From a virus, in the IMG/VR virus record IMGVR_UViG_3300045988_109366, positions 64,001-128,000 of that record: a stretch of DNA of 64,000 bases, one strand, 5' to 3'. The notes below the pieces were generated by a model, which ran no database searches, was not told the origin of the DNA, and was given only the letters and a program-made list of their open reading frames with translations. Position 1 is the first letter of the stretch, and every line of letters starts with the position of its first letter. Made by a program: the position numbers and the translations under genes. Positions 9,070-18,089 of this stretch are shown piece by piece.

Positions 9070-10293
9070 ATGAGGCTAGTTGAACAACATATAATCAAGC
9101 AAAGCTCAATATATTACAATGAGATTCAAGATCTGTTGCATAAGTGCAAAAACTTATACAACAAAGGATTGTATGTTGTTAGACAACATTACTTTCAATA
9201 TAAGAATGATAATACCGTTAAGTATAAATACCTCAACTACTACCCTCTTGAAAAGAAGTTAAGAACAGAAGATGACGTTGACTATCGTGCTTTACCGTCA
9301 CCGGTAGCCCAACAGGTATTGATAATGGTCGACCAGAATTTCAAGTCCTTCTTCAATCTTCTTAATAAGAAAGGTAGAGGTGAATATTCTGAGAAAGTAA
9401 GAATACCTAAGTATCTTGATAAAGATGGGATGTTTATGGCTGTTTTCCCAACAACAGCCTTTTCTCAAAAATGGATAAAGCAAGGTATTATTAAGTTGCC
9501 AAAGCAATTCTCTTTCACCACGAGAACTAACAAGCAAAATATCCAACAACTCAGGTTCGTCCCTAAGAATGGATATATTATACTTGAAATCGTATATAAC
9601 AAGAAAGAGAAAGATCTTATATATGATAACGGTAATTACCTTGGTATTGATCTTGGACTTAACAATTTAGCATCTTGTGTATCAAATACCGGTTCCTGCT
9701 TTATCATCAACGGTAAGCCTCTAAAATCTATCAACCAGTATTATAATAAAAGATTAGCATATTTAAAATCTAAATTAAAAGACAATAAACAAGTCTCAAA
9801 GCAAATAAGGTCGTTAACCAACAAAAGGAATAACAAGATCAAGGATTATCTGCATAAAGCCAGTAGGGTATTGATTAATCATGTAGTCTCCAATGGCATT
9901 AATACGATCATAATCGGTCATAATAGATGTTGGAAACAAGAGATCAATATCGGAAAGCGGAATAATCAGAACTTTGTTTCTATTCCTTTTAATATGTTTA
10001 TCTCAATGATATCATATAAGGCTACACTTGAGGGAATCAATGTTAAGATCGTTGAGGAATCCTATACCTCAAAATGTAGTTTCTTGGATAACGAGCAGAT
10101 TCGTAAGCATGAGGAATATGTCGGAAGACGTATCAAACGAGGATTATTCAAGACATCTTCCGGCAATATTATTAACGCCGATATCAACGCTGCATTTAAC
10201 ATCATTAGAAAATCGGCAAAAGAAGCCTTCGATGTAAGTATCTTGCCAGAAGGTAGAGGGTTTTGGTGGAACCCGATACGGATTTCCGTATAG
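9070..10293 (+). CDS. tnpB: TnpB (IS200/IS605-family OrfB, RNA-guided nuclease family)
   Basis: 407 aa; RuvC-I GIDLGLNNLA; IIGHNRCWKQEINIG (RuvC-II region); EESYTSKCS ... NADINAAFNIIRK (RuvC-III). Confidence 0.85.
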   Translation: MRLVEQHIIKQSSIYYNEIQDLLHKCKNLYNKGLYVVRQHYFQYKNDNTVKYKYLNYYPLEKKLRTEDDVDYRALPSPVAQQVLIMVDQNFKSFFNLLNKKGRGEYSEKVRIPKYLDKDGMFMAVFPTTAFSQKWIKQGIIKLPKQFSFTTRTNKQNIQQLRFVPKNGYIILEIVYNKKEKDLIYDNGNYLGIDLGLNNLASCVSNTGSCFIINGKPLKSINQYYNKRLAYLKSKLKDNKQVSKQIRSLTNKRNNKIKDYLHKASRVLINHVVSNGINTIIIGHNRCWKQEINIGKRNNQNFVSIPFNMFISMISYKATLEGINVKIVEESYTSKCSFLDNEQIRKHEEYVGRRIKRGLFKTSSGNIINADINAAFNIIRKSAKEAFDVSILPEGRGFWWNPIRISV

Positions 10294-10338
10294 ATATATA
10301 TCATTTTACGATTTTAGTGTAAAATGGTATATAATCAC
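10150..10338 (+). ncRNA. putative omega (right-end) RNA scaffold of the tnpB element
   Basis: It overlaps the tnpB 3' end and right end, as in characterised TnpB systems. Hairpins GGGTT..AACCC (10258-10274) and TACGG..CCGTA (10277-10290) are conserved in the tnpB-less copy, with one compensatory pair change. Confidence 0.4.
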
Positions 10339-10753
10339 CTACCCCAACATCTGCTCCATCTTCTTTAATCCAATTATCCGTATCGCAATGCCAACAATAT
10401 CCTGTTTTGGAATCCTCTTTATGAGAATGAGACCCACAAGTAGCGCACCAATAATTATCATCCGTATCGTATGCGTAGCTTTTATCCTCATGCATCTTAG
10501 CTACTCTGACCATTCTATCTTCTAGCAGTTCTTTTAGATAAGGGCATTCATAAGGTCTATCCTCCTCCCGTAATATCCAAAGCTCGATATCCGTCATCTC
10601 CCCCATCCTGTCCGTGCACATCCGCTCGGCGGCATGACGTACGCTATCTTCCGGCATCCCCGGGACTATCTCCCGGATCACTGCCTCCATCCTCTCTTGG
10701 TATTCGGTGTCTACCTTAGCCACCAAGCCTTCTAATTTATCTATTAAGCTCAT
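10301..10753 (-). CDS. hypothetical zinc-ribbon protein; last 13 codons lie inside the IS right end
   Basis: CATCGSHSH..CWHCD motif. The C-terminal GDYIPFYTKIVK is encoded by 10301-10339, within the element terminus. Confidence 0.55.
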   Translation of the reverse strand: MSLIDKLEGLVAKVDTEYQERMEAVIREIVPGMPEDSVRHAAERMCTDRMGEMTDIELWILREEDRPYECPYLKELLEDRMVRVAKMHEDKSYAYDTDDNYWCATCGSHSHKEDSKTGYCWHCDTDNWIKEDGADVGVGDYIPFYTKIVK

Positions 10754-10774
10754 AATTTTTATTGTATATAATTA

Positions 10775-10960
10775 CTATTTGATATTTATAATCTTTTGAT
10801 CTCTCATCTCATTCTTATCCTTGAACATCATTATCCTATTAACAATACCTTCCGATTCCATGTACGTCGAGAATCCATGTATCCTTAGATATTGAATAGC
10901 TGATAATGATTTCTCCAATATCTCCCTATACTCCATATCTGTTTTAACTGCTTTCTCCAT
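10775..10960 (-). CDS. hypothetical protein
   Basis: ORF track. Confidence 0.4.
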   Translation of the reverse strand: MEKAVKTDMEYREILEKSLSAIQYLRIHGFSTYMESEGIVNRIMMFKDKNEMRDQKIINIK

Positions 10961-11132
10961 GATCTTTTCCCTCCATTTCTTCTAATATGATTTTAGCCAA
11001 TCCAACGGGCATGAGCGGACGTCTTGCCTTCCCCGACCGCCTACCCATATACGCCGGCTCCACCGGTAACGCCGCCCATGGCATCTTGGATGTCTCTCCC
11101 GTAAATCTGATAGTGATCGCCACAGCTCTCAA
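10944..11132 (-). CDS. doubtful ORF overlapping a GC-rich palindromic element
   Basis: It fits the gene array, but most of it is the GC-rich element 10997-11089. Confidence 0.25.
   Translation of the reverse strand: MRAVAITIRFTGETSKMPWAALPVEPAYMGRRSGKARRPLMPVGLAKIILEEMEGKDHGESS
10997..11089. repeat. GC-rich palindromic element (family member)
   Basis: CCAATCCAACGGGCATGAGCGG ... CGCCTACCC ... CCGCCCATGGCATCTTGG; 9-bp closing stem (CCGCCCATG at 11072-11080 pairs with CATGAGCGG at 11010-11018, one G.T pair) on either strand. Confidence 0.5.
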
Positions 11133-11150
11133 ATGTTACTTGATAGCTGT

Positions 11151-12236
11151 TTAATCCCATCCTAATTGTCTCGCAATACCTTCCATCTCACTATACGCGA
11201 TCCTGTGACATCCAACAACCAATATATCATTCTTATAGCTATTGGTCTTCCATTTGTGACCGGTTGTATCCAATACCATATCGTGTTGGAATTTACTGCC
11301 ATTATGGAAGAGCTTTATCAATTTCCAAAGTCTCTCAGCTTCAGCTCGTCCTATCTTGATATTCTTGCTAGTCTCAATTATGCCACTCTTAATGCGAAGC
11401 CATACGTTAGGCTGGTCATCCTCCAAATAATAATGTGGATATAATTCCAGAATCTTGCCAGACTTCCACATCTCGATCTGTTCTTCAAATTTTTTCTTGC
11501 GATCTTCTTTTTCTTTTCTTCTTTTTTCAAAAATTAAAGCCTCTTTTTTCGCCTGACTGTCTTTCCATCTCTGACATCTGGCCGCATACTCAGCCCACGT
11601 TCCTTCACCACAAATCTCATCTACTATCACATTGGTCGTTCCTAAAGTTTCTAACGCTTGATGATTTAGCAATACCTCAAACACACGCTTTAACTCATGG
11701 ACGTATTCACTTTTAATCTTATCCGATTCATAAGATAACTCATGTTTAGTTCCGATCCAGGTGTTTGCACTCTTTTTAAGAAGGCTCTTGGGAGTACCCA
11801 TATTAAAGAACTCAATATAATCCATTAGACTTCTAAATACTCCCCAAACATCCCTATAAGACAGGCTTGTTCTAACCTTCTTGTATTTCTCGATAGCCTC
11901 TTTGATAAGCTCCAATCGACTGGTGATAAAAGCCATGCTGCCATCATCAGACATATTATATCCAACAGAAAATACCTTTGAGCCAGTTGGTATTGCACTA
12001 CGAACACAATGTTGATGTTTACAGGTGGAAGAAGAATAATACTTATCGTTAAGCAAATACGCCTTTTCACCACACTTATTTCTTACGATTCTTCCAACCT
12101 CAAAATGATAGCCATAAGAATAAATACTTTCACCTTCAAAGAAGAAATTGCTACCTCTAGCTGATTCTTTCTTTTCGTTCGCCCATAAATGAGCTACCAT
12201 ATAGTTATTCATATCAATGTTTTTTTTGTTATGCAA
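11151..12236 (-). CDS. hypothetical protein
   Basis: ORF track, 361 aa; no motif I can name. Confidence 0.6.
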   Translation of the reverse strand: MHNKKNIDMNNYMVAHLWANEKKESARGSNFFFEGESIYSYGYHFEVGRIVRNKCGEKAYLLNDKYYSSSTCKHQHCVRSAIPTGSKVFSVGYNMSDDGSMAFITSRLELIKEAIEKYKKVRTSLSYRDVWGVFRSLMDYIEFFNMGTPKSLLKKSANTWIGTKHELSYESDKIKSEYVHELKRVFEVLLNHQALETLGTTNVIVDEICGEGTWAEYAARCQRWKDSQAKKEALIFEKRRKEKEDRKKKFEEQIEMWKSGKILELYPHYYLEDDQPNVWLRIKSGIIETSKNIKIGRAEAERLWKLIKLFHNGSKFQHDMVLDTTGHKWKTNSYKNDILVVGCHRIAYSEMEGIARQLGWD

Positions 12237-12533
12237 TTACAGATTAATAATACGATATACGTTCATTACATCCGACATCTTGAATTTATCAACATCCGTA
12301 TTCTCAACATCATATGTATATGAGTCAAACAAATTACTTACCGCGCTCAACCAATCATCATCTGTCGGTTCTTCTACCTCATCCATACAATCATACACAT
12401 CCCAGTAATTCATGAGGATACCTTTGTACGCTATTTTCGGACCAGCGTATTCTCCTCTTGACATAAAGCAGATGTTTTTGCCGGCTTCGTTGCCGGCAAC
12501 TATCTTTTTGTAATCTTCTATAATCTTATTCAT
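12237..12533 (-). CDS. hypothetical protein
   Basis: ORF track; abuts upstream gene. Confidence 0.5.
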   Translation of the reverse strand: MNKIIEDYKKIVAGNEAGKNICFMSRGEYAGPKIAYKGILMNYWDVYDCMDEVEEPTDDDWLSAVSNLFDSYTYDVENTDVDKFKMSDVMNVYRIINL

Positions 12534-12565
12534 TTTTCTGGTAATGATTATGTGTAGACTAAAAA

Positions 12566-13462
12566 TTACTTTAACTCAAATTTAATTCCTTCCGGAAGTT
12601 GGGATCGATCCACGTTATTCACGAAATCATCAAACTTTTCTTTAGTGATTTTTTCTATATGATCACACCAGTTAAAGACTAACGTGTTCGTATGATTATA
12701 ATATATTACATTATTAACAGATAATCCATGATCAAACACACAGAGTATTATCTTCTTCTCAACTTCTGCCTTTCTAATTTGTTTGTCATATAGTTCACAA
12801 ATCTTGGCACGCTCTTTCATCATCTTTGCGTTATGAGTCTCTTCCCGGCGTTTTTCTATATTTTCTGTGGAATAATACCCAGCTTCAATGCGCTCTTCAA
12901 TAAAAGATCGTTCCTTGTCTGTTAGTATTAGGGTAAACCTTTCTTCTTCCAGCTCATATGGATTAACCCATTTCTTTCCACACAGGTTTTCAAGTTCAGC
13001 AAGAAGTTCGTCTGATTCATGTTTCCATCTATCCACAACCCCCATATCGAATAGCAGATACTTAAAATACATCTTATCGTCCGCTGCTTCAGATAATTTG
13101 GAATATTCCTTGTCTGATATACGTAAATATTCAATAGCCACAGACTTATTGCTATTCTTTATGTGATACGTGCCATTTTCCACCGGATATATAGGAGCAC
13201 CATAATGGTTACAACAATGCAACGGTATGAATTTAGCTAATTCCGGACAATGTTTTATAATCTCATCGTGACAGCAACCTCCCATATACTCCTCATATCG
13301 TCCATATTTGTTTTTTTGTCTGATATCGGCCGTTATGCTCCATTCGCACATATTGTTATGACAATCATCATCTAAAGATACAGTGACTATTATTCTATAT
13401 TCCTCTCCATCTTCTTTAAAATAATTTGTTTGCTTATAAATTAGTTTGTTTGCAGTTTCCAT
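12566..13462 (-). CDS. hypothetical protein
   Basis: ORF track, 298 aa. Confidence 0.6.
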   Translation of the reverse strand: METANKLIYKQTNYFKEDGEEYRIIVTVSLDDDCHNNMCEWSITADIRQKNKYGRYEEYMGGCCHDEIIKHCPELAKFIPLHCCNHYGAPIYPVENGTYHIKNSNKSVAIEYLRISDKEYSKLSEAADDKMYFKYLLFDMGVVDRWKHESDELLAELENLCGKKWVNPYELEEERFTLILTDKERSFIEERIEAGYYSTENIEKRREETHNAKMMKERAKICELYDKQIRKAEVEKKIILCVFDHGLSVNNVIYYNHTNTLVFNWCDHIEKITKEKFDDFVNNVDRSQLPEGIKFELK

Positions 13463-13473
13463 ATCATTTTAGT

Positions 13474-13702
13474 TTAATCATTATACTTGTGGAAAATAAA
13501 ATCCGCACATTCTCCGGGGAGTGTTCCTGCGTCATTACAACGGTAGAATCCTTGTGTTTCCAAATCTACATCTACCGGATAACCTTCTGCTGCTTCCAAG
13601 AAGCGTTTGATTTCCTCACATTCTTCATCCGTTAATCCAGTGTAATCATCATTGATTAACGGGCAAGCCCAATAAATCGGGAGCCTGTATCTTATTATCT
13701 CT
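13474..13702 (-). pseudogene. small gene separated from its start codon by the 13703-14037 insertion
   Basis: Open frame ...IIRYRLPIYWACPLINDDYTGLTDEECEEIKRFLEAAEGYPVDVDLETQGFYRCNDAGTLPGECADFIFHKYND* contains no Met. The matching ATG (14053..14051) lies on the other side of the element. Confidence 0.65.
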
Positions 13703-14037
13703 GGCGATTATATACTATTTTACACCAGATATGTTATAAAACATACAGATGTTATTTAATTTCATATTCTTCTTTTCTAACTTTGTTTCACCCAATCGAA
13801 TCACATAGTCCCTTGTTTCGGACAAGACGATTGGGTAAAAGAGGTCTTTGATATAAGGTTTTACCCTAAAAAAATATTCGTTGGGTAAGTAAAATCAAAA
13901 ACGTTTTGTTTAGTAAAAGAATCCGGCGATCTCACTTTTGAGCAACCGGTAGAGGGTATTGGTGATACCCAGTACGGATTTTCGTACAAATGCATATCAT
14001 TTCTCATTTTTTTGGTGTAAAATGGTATATAATCACC
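13703..14037 (+). mobile_element. non-autonomous (tnpB-less) derivative of the 8993-10338 element, with TIRs and an 8-bp target duplication
   Basis: 25-bp TIRs at 13703-13727 and 14013-14037 (2 mismatches); flanking direct repeat TTATCTCT at 13695-13702 and 14038-14045; right ~130 nt homologous to 10190-10338. Confidence 0.75.
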
Positions 14038-14049
14038 TTATCTCTATAT

Positions 14050-14445
14050 TCATAACTTCATCAATTTACAATATGAATCTTCAAATATAGGGATCAAACC
14101 TTGTTCCCTAAAATACGCTGTTGCAACTTTAAAAGCGTACAAAGGGTTCACTTCTTGTATCTTATTCTTTTTTACTCCCTGGGTAATAATTGGATTACAA
14201 CAATAGAATTTTTCATTACCTAAACTTCCAAATACGCTATCTACATTATACTCATAGCAATTAGTACCTCCCAATATCAGCAAATCACATCCAGTCTCTC
14301 TGGTTCCAAGGATAAACGATTTATTCTTATTTGCTGGAAGCATGAATATTTCCTTATCCATATTAAACCAATCATTCTGATTATATTTTACATCCCGGAG
14401 AACGATCTCATCAATCTCATGGGCATATTCTTCTTGTGTTTTCAT
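14050..14445 (-). CDS. hypothetical protein
   Basis: ORF track. Confidence 0.55.
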   Translation of the reverse strand: MKTQEEYAHEIDEIVLRDVKYNQNDWFNMDKEIFMLPANKNKSFILGTRETGCDLLILGGTNCYEYNVDSVFGSLGNEKFYCCNPIITQGVKKNKIQEVNPLYAFKVATAYFREQGLIPIFEDSYCKLMKL

Positions 14446-15149
14446 GCTATTTCATTTAATGGTTCAACATATACATCACCATTCTCATAATAAAGTCGAT
14501 CTTCATACTGGTTATGATGAAGCTCCTCACGTATCGCATCTTCATCGTCAGCCCAATGTCCATATTCCTCATGCCATGACTTGAAGAAGTTATCATAACA
14601 TTGTCTCATCAGATCCTCTAAAGAAAAACCCTCCGGATAAGTACACCATACATTGTAATAATCAATTATAGGTTTCAGGAGATAATAATCATAACACATC
14701 CCTGTCAATGGGCAATTATCTCCATAGTCAAACATCACCCTACTATACTTGTGCCTGTATTTGTATTTCCCATCAATATATTTACCTGACGTGGAGAAAT
14801 ACTTGCCCTTGATAATATATGGCATAATATTGTTGTTGATATATCTGAACAGTAATTTGCCGCATAGATTCTCAGGGAATATATCACGATGATAATCTGT
14901 AGGATGTTCATAAATAGGATCTTTGTATTTAAACTCATAACTAAAATCATATCTCTCGTATCCAACCTCCCAACCATAAACCTTAGTATCTGTCAGATCT
15001 TCAAAGGCTTCCATTGACTTTTTATAGTCTATGTCATAAGCATCCATACATTGCTCCATTACATTCCAACGCTCACGCTCTATGATCCTTTCTTGTGAGT
15101 CTTTTGACAGCTCATCAAACTCATACAGTTTTAATACAATCTCTTTCAT
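14442..15149 (-). CDS. hypothetical protein
   Basis: ORF track; 4-nt overlap with next gene. Confidence 0.6.
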   Translation of the reverse strand: MKEIVLKLYEFDELSKDSQERIIERERWNVMEQCMDAYDIDYKKSMEAFEDLTDTKVYGWEVGYERYDFSYEFKYKDPIYEHPTDYHRDIFPENLCGKLLFRYINNNIMPYIIKGKYFSTSGKYIDGKYKYRHKYSRVMFDYGDNCPLTGMCYDYYLLKPIIDYYNVWCTYPEGFSLEDLMRQCYDNFFKSWHEEYGHWADDEDAIREELHHNQYEDRLYYENGDVYVEPLNEIA

Positions 15150-15276
15150 AATCCCTCCTCTTTTAATATAACTAGATCCCTAACGTCAATCGAATGACTT
15201 ACGTACCTCCTTATGTTCACGTTTAGAGATATGATTGTGGCTATTCTCACGAACCACCACAATCCAGATTCAGATA

Positions 15277-16014
15277 TTACTCATCCTTTATCTTTACGAA
15301 TGGGTTTTCTACATAAAACTCCACTACATCCTTAGATTTTATAGATGTCACTATACCGGTGGTATCCACAAATCCGTCTGTCTCATCCATTGTCAAATCT
15401 TCTATTTTATCTCCCGGTAGAAAACAAAGATTATAGTCTTGATCAATATACATAATCATCTTTAACCTAACCATGTCATCAATGATGCCTTTCATTCTCT
15501 CCACGACATCCAATTGATCATCACTAAGCATTAATCTACTTTTTGATGATTCCACTAACCTTATGTCTCCATTCCTGTCAACTACAGTTAAGTCATTGAA
15601 TTTATACACATCTTCACGTGTTCTGTAATATGTTTCCTTACAATAAATTTTCCCTTTATCATCTATTTCAATATCAAAATATTCCAACTTATCCTTGACA
15701 GCTCTTCCGTTTTTGTATTTCCACACATCACCTATTGGAATGAACCCATATAATGACTCAAAAACATCATATATTGATAGTCTTGTCTTAGGAATGCTCT
15801 CGCCCTTTTTAAAACATTCTTCGGACGAATAAAATAATTTCCCATCTAATGTCTTCTCAGTCCTACATCCTCCCCATGTTCCTACATATCTAACTACTCC
15901 ATATGTAAAACTGATCAAGATCTTATCAATCTCAAACCACTTTAATCTTCCTGACATATCGTCAAAAAGATATCCACTCTCTAGATAAACCGATAAACAT
16001 TCTCTAATTTCCAT
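15277..16014 (-). CDS. hypothetical protein
   Basis: ORF track. Confidence 0.6.
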   Translation of the reverse strand: MEIRECLSVYLESGYLFDDMSGRLKWFEIDKILISFTYGVVRYVGTWGGCRTEKTLDGKLFYSSEECFKKGESIPKTRLSIYDVFESLYGFIPIGDVWKYKNGRAVKDKLEYFDIEIDDKGKIYCKETYYRTREDVYKFNDLTVVDRNGDIRLVESSKSRLMLSDDQLDVVERMKGIIDDMVRLKMIMYIDQDYNLCFLPGDKIEDLTMDETDGFVDTTGIVTSIKSKDVVEFYVENPFVKIKDE

Positions 16015-16042
16015 AACAATTTATTTTTTTAATTAAACAACA

Positions 16043-16207
16043 TCATTTGCCTTGATCACTATCCGTATCAATATTATGAACAAGCTCATATAGATCATAA
16101 TCACTACACTCTGCTAAACATAAAGAGAAGACGTTCCTGTCGTTAATCAGGAAATAGCTATCTTCTAATATGAAGATAGATCTTCCTACCTCTAAAAACA
16201 GTCCCAT
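16043..16207 (-). CDS. small hypothetical protein (54 aa, below ORF-track cutoff)
   Basis: Manual translation MGLFLEVGRSIFILEDSYFLINDRNVFSLCLAECSDYDLYELVHNIDTDSDQGK*. It fills an otherwise empty gap, and its start overlaps the end of the upstream gene. Confidence 0.35.
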   Translation of the reverse strand: MGLFLEVGRSIFILEDSYFLINDRNVFSLCLAECSDYDLYELVHNIDTDSDQGK

Positions 16208-16380
16208 AACTCATTGCCTCTTTTATTGCCAAACACTTTCTGAAAAGTATGACGATCTGCCTTATTCTCGAATTTACGCATCCGTCTAATCCACTCATAT
16301 CCGTGCCTCACTAAATCCAAGCCGCCGGCTTCATCGAAGCTCCCGTTTTTATCAATCCATTTATTTACATCTATCAACAT
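16192..16380 (-). CDS. hypothetical protein
   Basis: ORF track. Confidence 0.45.
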   Translation of the reverse strand: MLIDVNKWIDKNGSFDEAGGLDLVRHGYEWIRRMRKFENKADRHTFQKVFGNKRGNELWDCF

Positions 16381-16386
16381 ACTCCC

Positions 16387-16776
16387 TTATAATATTACAT
16401 TAAACAACTCGTTTAACCTATCTATCTCACTTAGGTATTCATCTTCTTTATCAAATCTAATTTGCGTCCCTCCCTCCAATCCAAAGGGCAGGGTAAAGGA
16501 TATGACCCAGCCCGATCCGTCCACGGCCTGCTCCTTGGGAACCCAAGACATCACCGCTTTCTTGGATATCCACCATCTCCCTATCTGAACGAAATCAGGA
16601 TAGTTGTCCATTAAATACACCATCTGACTAACCATCTTATTAACATCATCAAAAGGCACTATATGATACTTGTTTCTTATCCTGACCTTCAAGAAGGGGT
16701 TATCCATATTATATGCCGCAAATGCTGATATCACGGAACTAGGATATCTAACTCCTTTTATTATCACCCATTTCAT
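16387..16776 (-). CDS. hypothetical protein
   Basis: ORF track. Confidence 0.55.
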   Translation of the reverse strand: MKWVIIKGVRYPSSVISAFAAYNMDNPFLKVRIRNKYHIVPFDDVNKMVSQMVYLMDNYPDFVQIGRWWISKKAVMSWVPKEQAVDGSGWVISFTLPFGLEGGTQIRFDKEDEYLSEIDRLNELFNVIL

Positions 16777-17071
16777 ATATCACCCCCCTCTTTATATAAC
16801 ATAAATTCATTGGATAAAATTTATCCGCGCTCTCTTTCCCGTCTCCTCGAAAGTTAGCCAGCCCGCATGTCAGGATGCTCACAAGGTTATCCACCACCTC
16901 CAACTCGCTCGATTTGAACCACGCCAACTGGCTGTAAGTTTCACCTATCCATATTATACTCATTCTCCCGTCCCGACTCTCCTTCACCAGCCCTATATGG
17001 TTTTTAGTGTCCTTAATCACATTTAATTCGTCAATATTTGTAAGCCGAACAAAATCCATCGGCCGTATCAC
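16748..17071 (-). CDS. hypothetical protein
   Basis: ORF track. Confidence 0.5.
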   Translation of the reverse strand: MIRPMDFVRLTNIDELNVIKDTKNHIGLVKESRDGRMSIIWIGETYSQLAWFKSSELEVVDNLVSILTCGLANFRGDGKESADKFYPMNLCYIKRGVIYEMGDNKRS

Positions 17072-17109
17072 TTTATTCTAGTCCATGTCTTTATCCTCCT
17101 ATATCCTTT

Positions 17110-17535
17110 TTATTCTCTCAATTTACGCTTAACCTCTTTAACATATTTAGTAGAATGTAGTCCCCTATGCAATCTTATAGCCCGATCTATATCCTTTTTA
17201 GGATTATGATGAGATTGATATATCTCGAACATTTCCCTAGCCTTGATAGGATTTGTTCTATCATCGTATCTATACCGCTTTTTCTCCCGTTTAAGACACA
17301 ATATCCTATTAACCTCATCAACATACACCTTTTTCATCTGCCACCTCCCTAACGCCCCTGAAGTGGCGTTATACGCCCGATCGTCATTCCTTGACTCCAC
17401 GAAAGACAGGGCGGCCGCCAGCTTATCCCATACCCGTGCCTCGACCACGGCCGGCTTCGGGGCGAGGGGCATGCCTCCGTTTCCTTTTGGCGGTGTTAAT
17501 ATTATCATCGCCATCACAAGTAAGTATCTTATCAC
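17110..17535 (-). CDS. lytic transglycosylase (SLT/lysozyme-like) with N-terminal hydrophobic anchor
   Basis: FVESRNDDRAYNATSGALGRWQM fits the SLT catalytic E-S ... GAxGxxQ motif; the N-terminus MIRYLLVMAMIIL is hydrophobic. Confidence 0.6.
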   Translation of the reverse strand: MIRYLLVMAMIILTPPKGNGGMPLAPKPAVVEARVWDKLAAALSFVESRNDDRAYNATSGALGRWQMKKVYVDEVNRILCLKREKKRYRYDDRTNPIKAREMFEIYQSHHNPKKDIDRAIRLHRGLHSTKYVKEVKRKLRE

Positions 17536-18089
17536 GTTCCCTTGTTTTTATAAAACTCCTCCCCGAATTTCACATTATCCACATAATCTTCCATGCACTC
17601 ATGAACAATTATATGAATATCACCCTCCGTGTATGTCACCTCGGACATCAACCTCTCATTGGTCATCCACCAAGAATAACTATCAATATGCCGTATCTCA
17701 AATCCATGATCATGCAACGCATACATAACATTATATCTTAAATCCCTGTCCATCATCATACACTCGTACACGATATAGCCATTGATACTTTCATGAGACC
17801 TACCGAACGTATAAACGTACCTACCCATCAACTTATACAACTCCCTTGCCACAGGATTCGGGATCGCCTCATCCATATCAAAATCCACATCTGGATCAAT
17901 AACCCACTCTACATCCCGCTCATCAATACAAGCTCTAGGCATTCCTATTGTCCGTCCATAAAGACGTGATCGGTGATCCTTGCTTAATACCGTCCCGATA
18001 TACTTTTCCCCTTTGGCATATCCTATATTATGGTTGCCGGTTATATTAAATACAATTTCAGCTCCTATCTTAATTTCATCCATATTCAA
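17532..18089 (-). CDS. hypothetical protein
   Basis: ORF track. Confidence 0.55.
   Translation of the reverse strand: MNMDEIKIGAEIVFNITGNHNIGYAKGEKYIGTVLSKDHRSRLYGRTIGMPRACIDERDVEWVIDPDVDFDMDEAIPNPVARELYKLMGRYVYTFGRSHESINGYIVYECMMMDRDLRYNVMYALHDHGFEIRHIDSYSWWMTNERLMSEVTYTEGDIHIIVHECMEDYVDNVKFGEEFYKNKGT

Larger units (their letters stand above)
8993..10338 (+). mobile_element. tnpB-only insertion element with imperfect ~23-bp terminal inverted repeats
   Basis: Left end AGTAATTATATACAACCTTACAC (8993-9015) matches the inverted complement of the right end GTGTAAAATGGTATATAATCACC (10315-10337) at 18/23 positions. The boundaries are confirmed by where homology to the second copy at 13703-14037 stops. 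Confidence 0.65.

Noticed and set aside
8985-10345. Target-site duplication for the full-length tnpB element
   Set aside because: The flanks TTCTTTTA and TACCCCAA do not match. Only the tnpB-less copy shows a clear 8-bp duplication.
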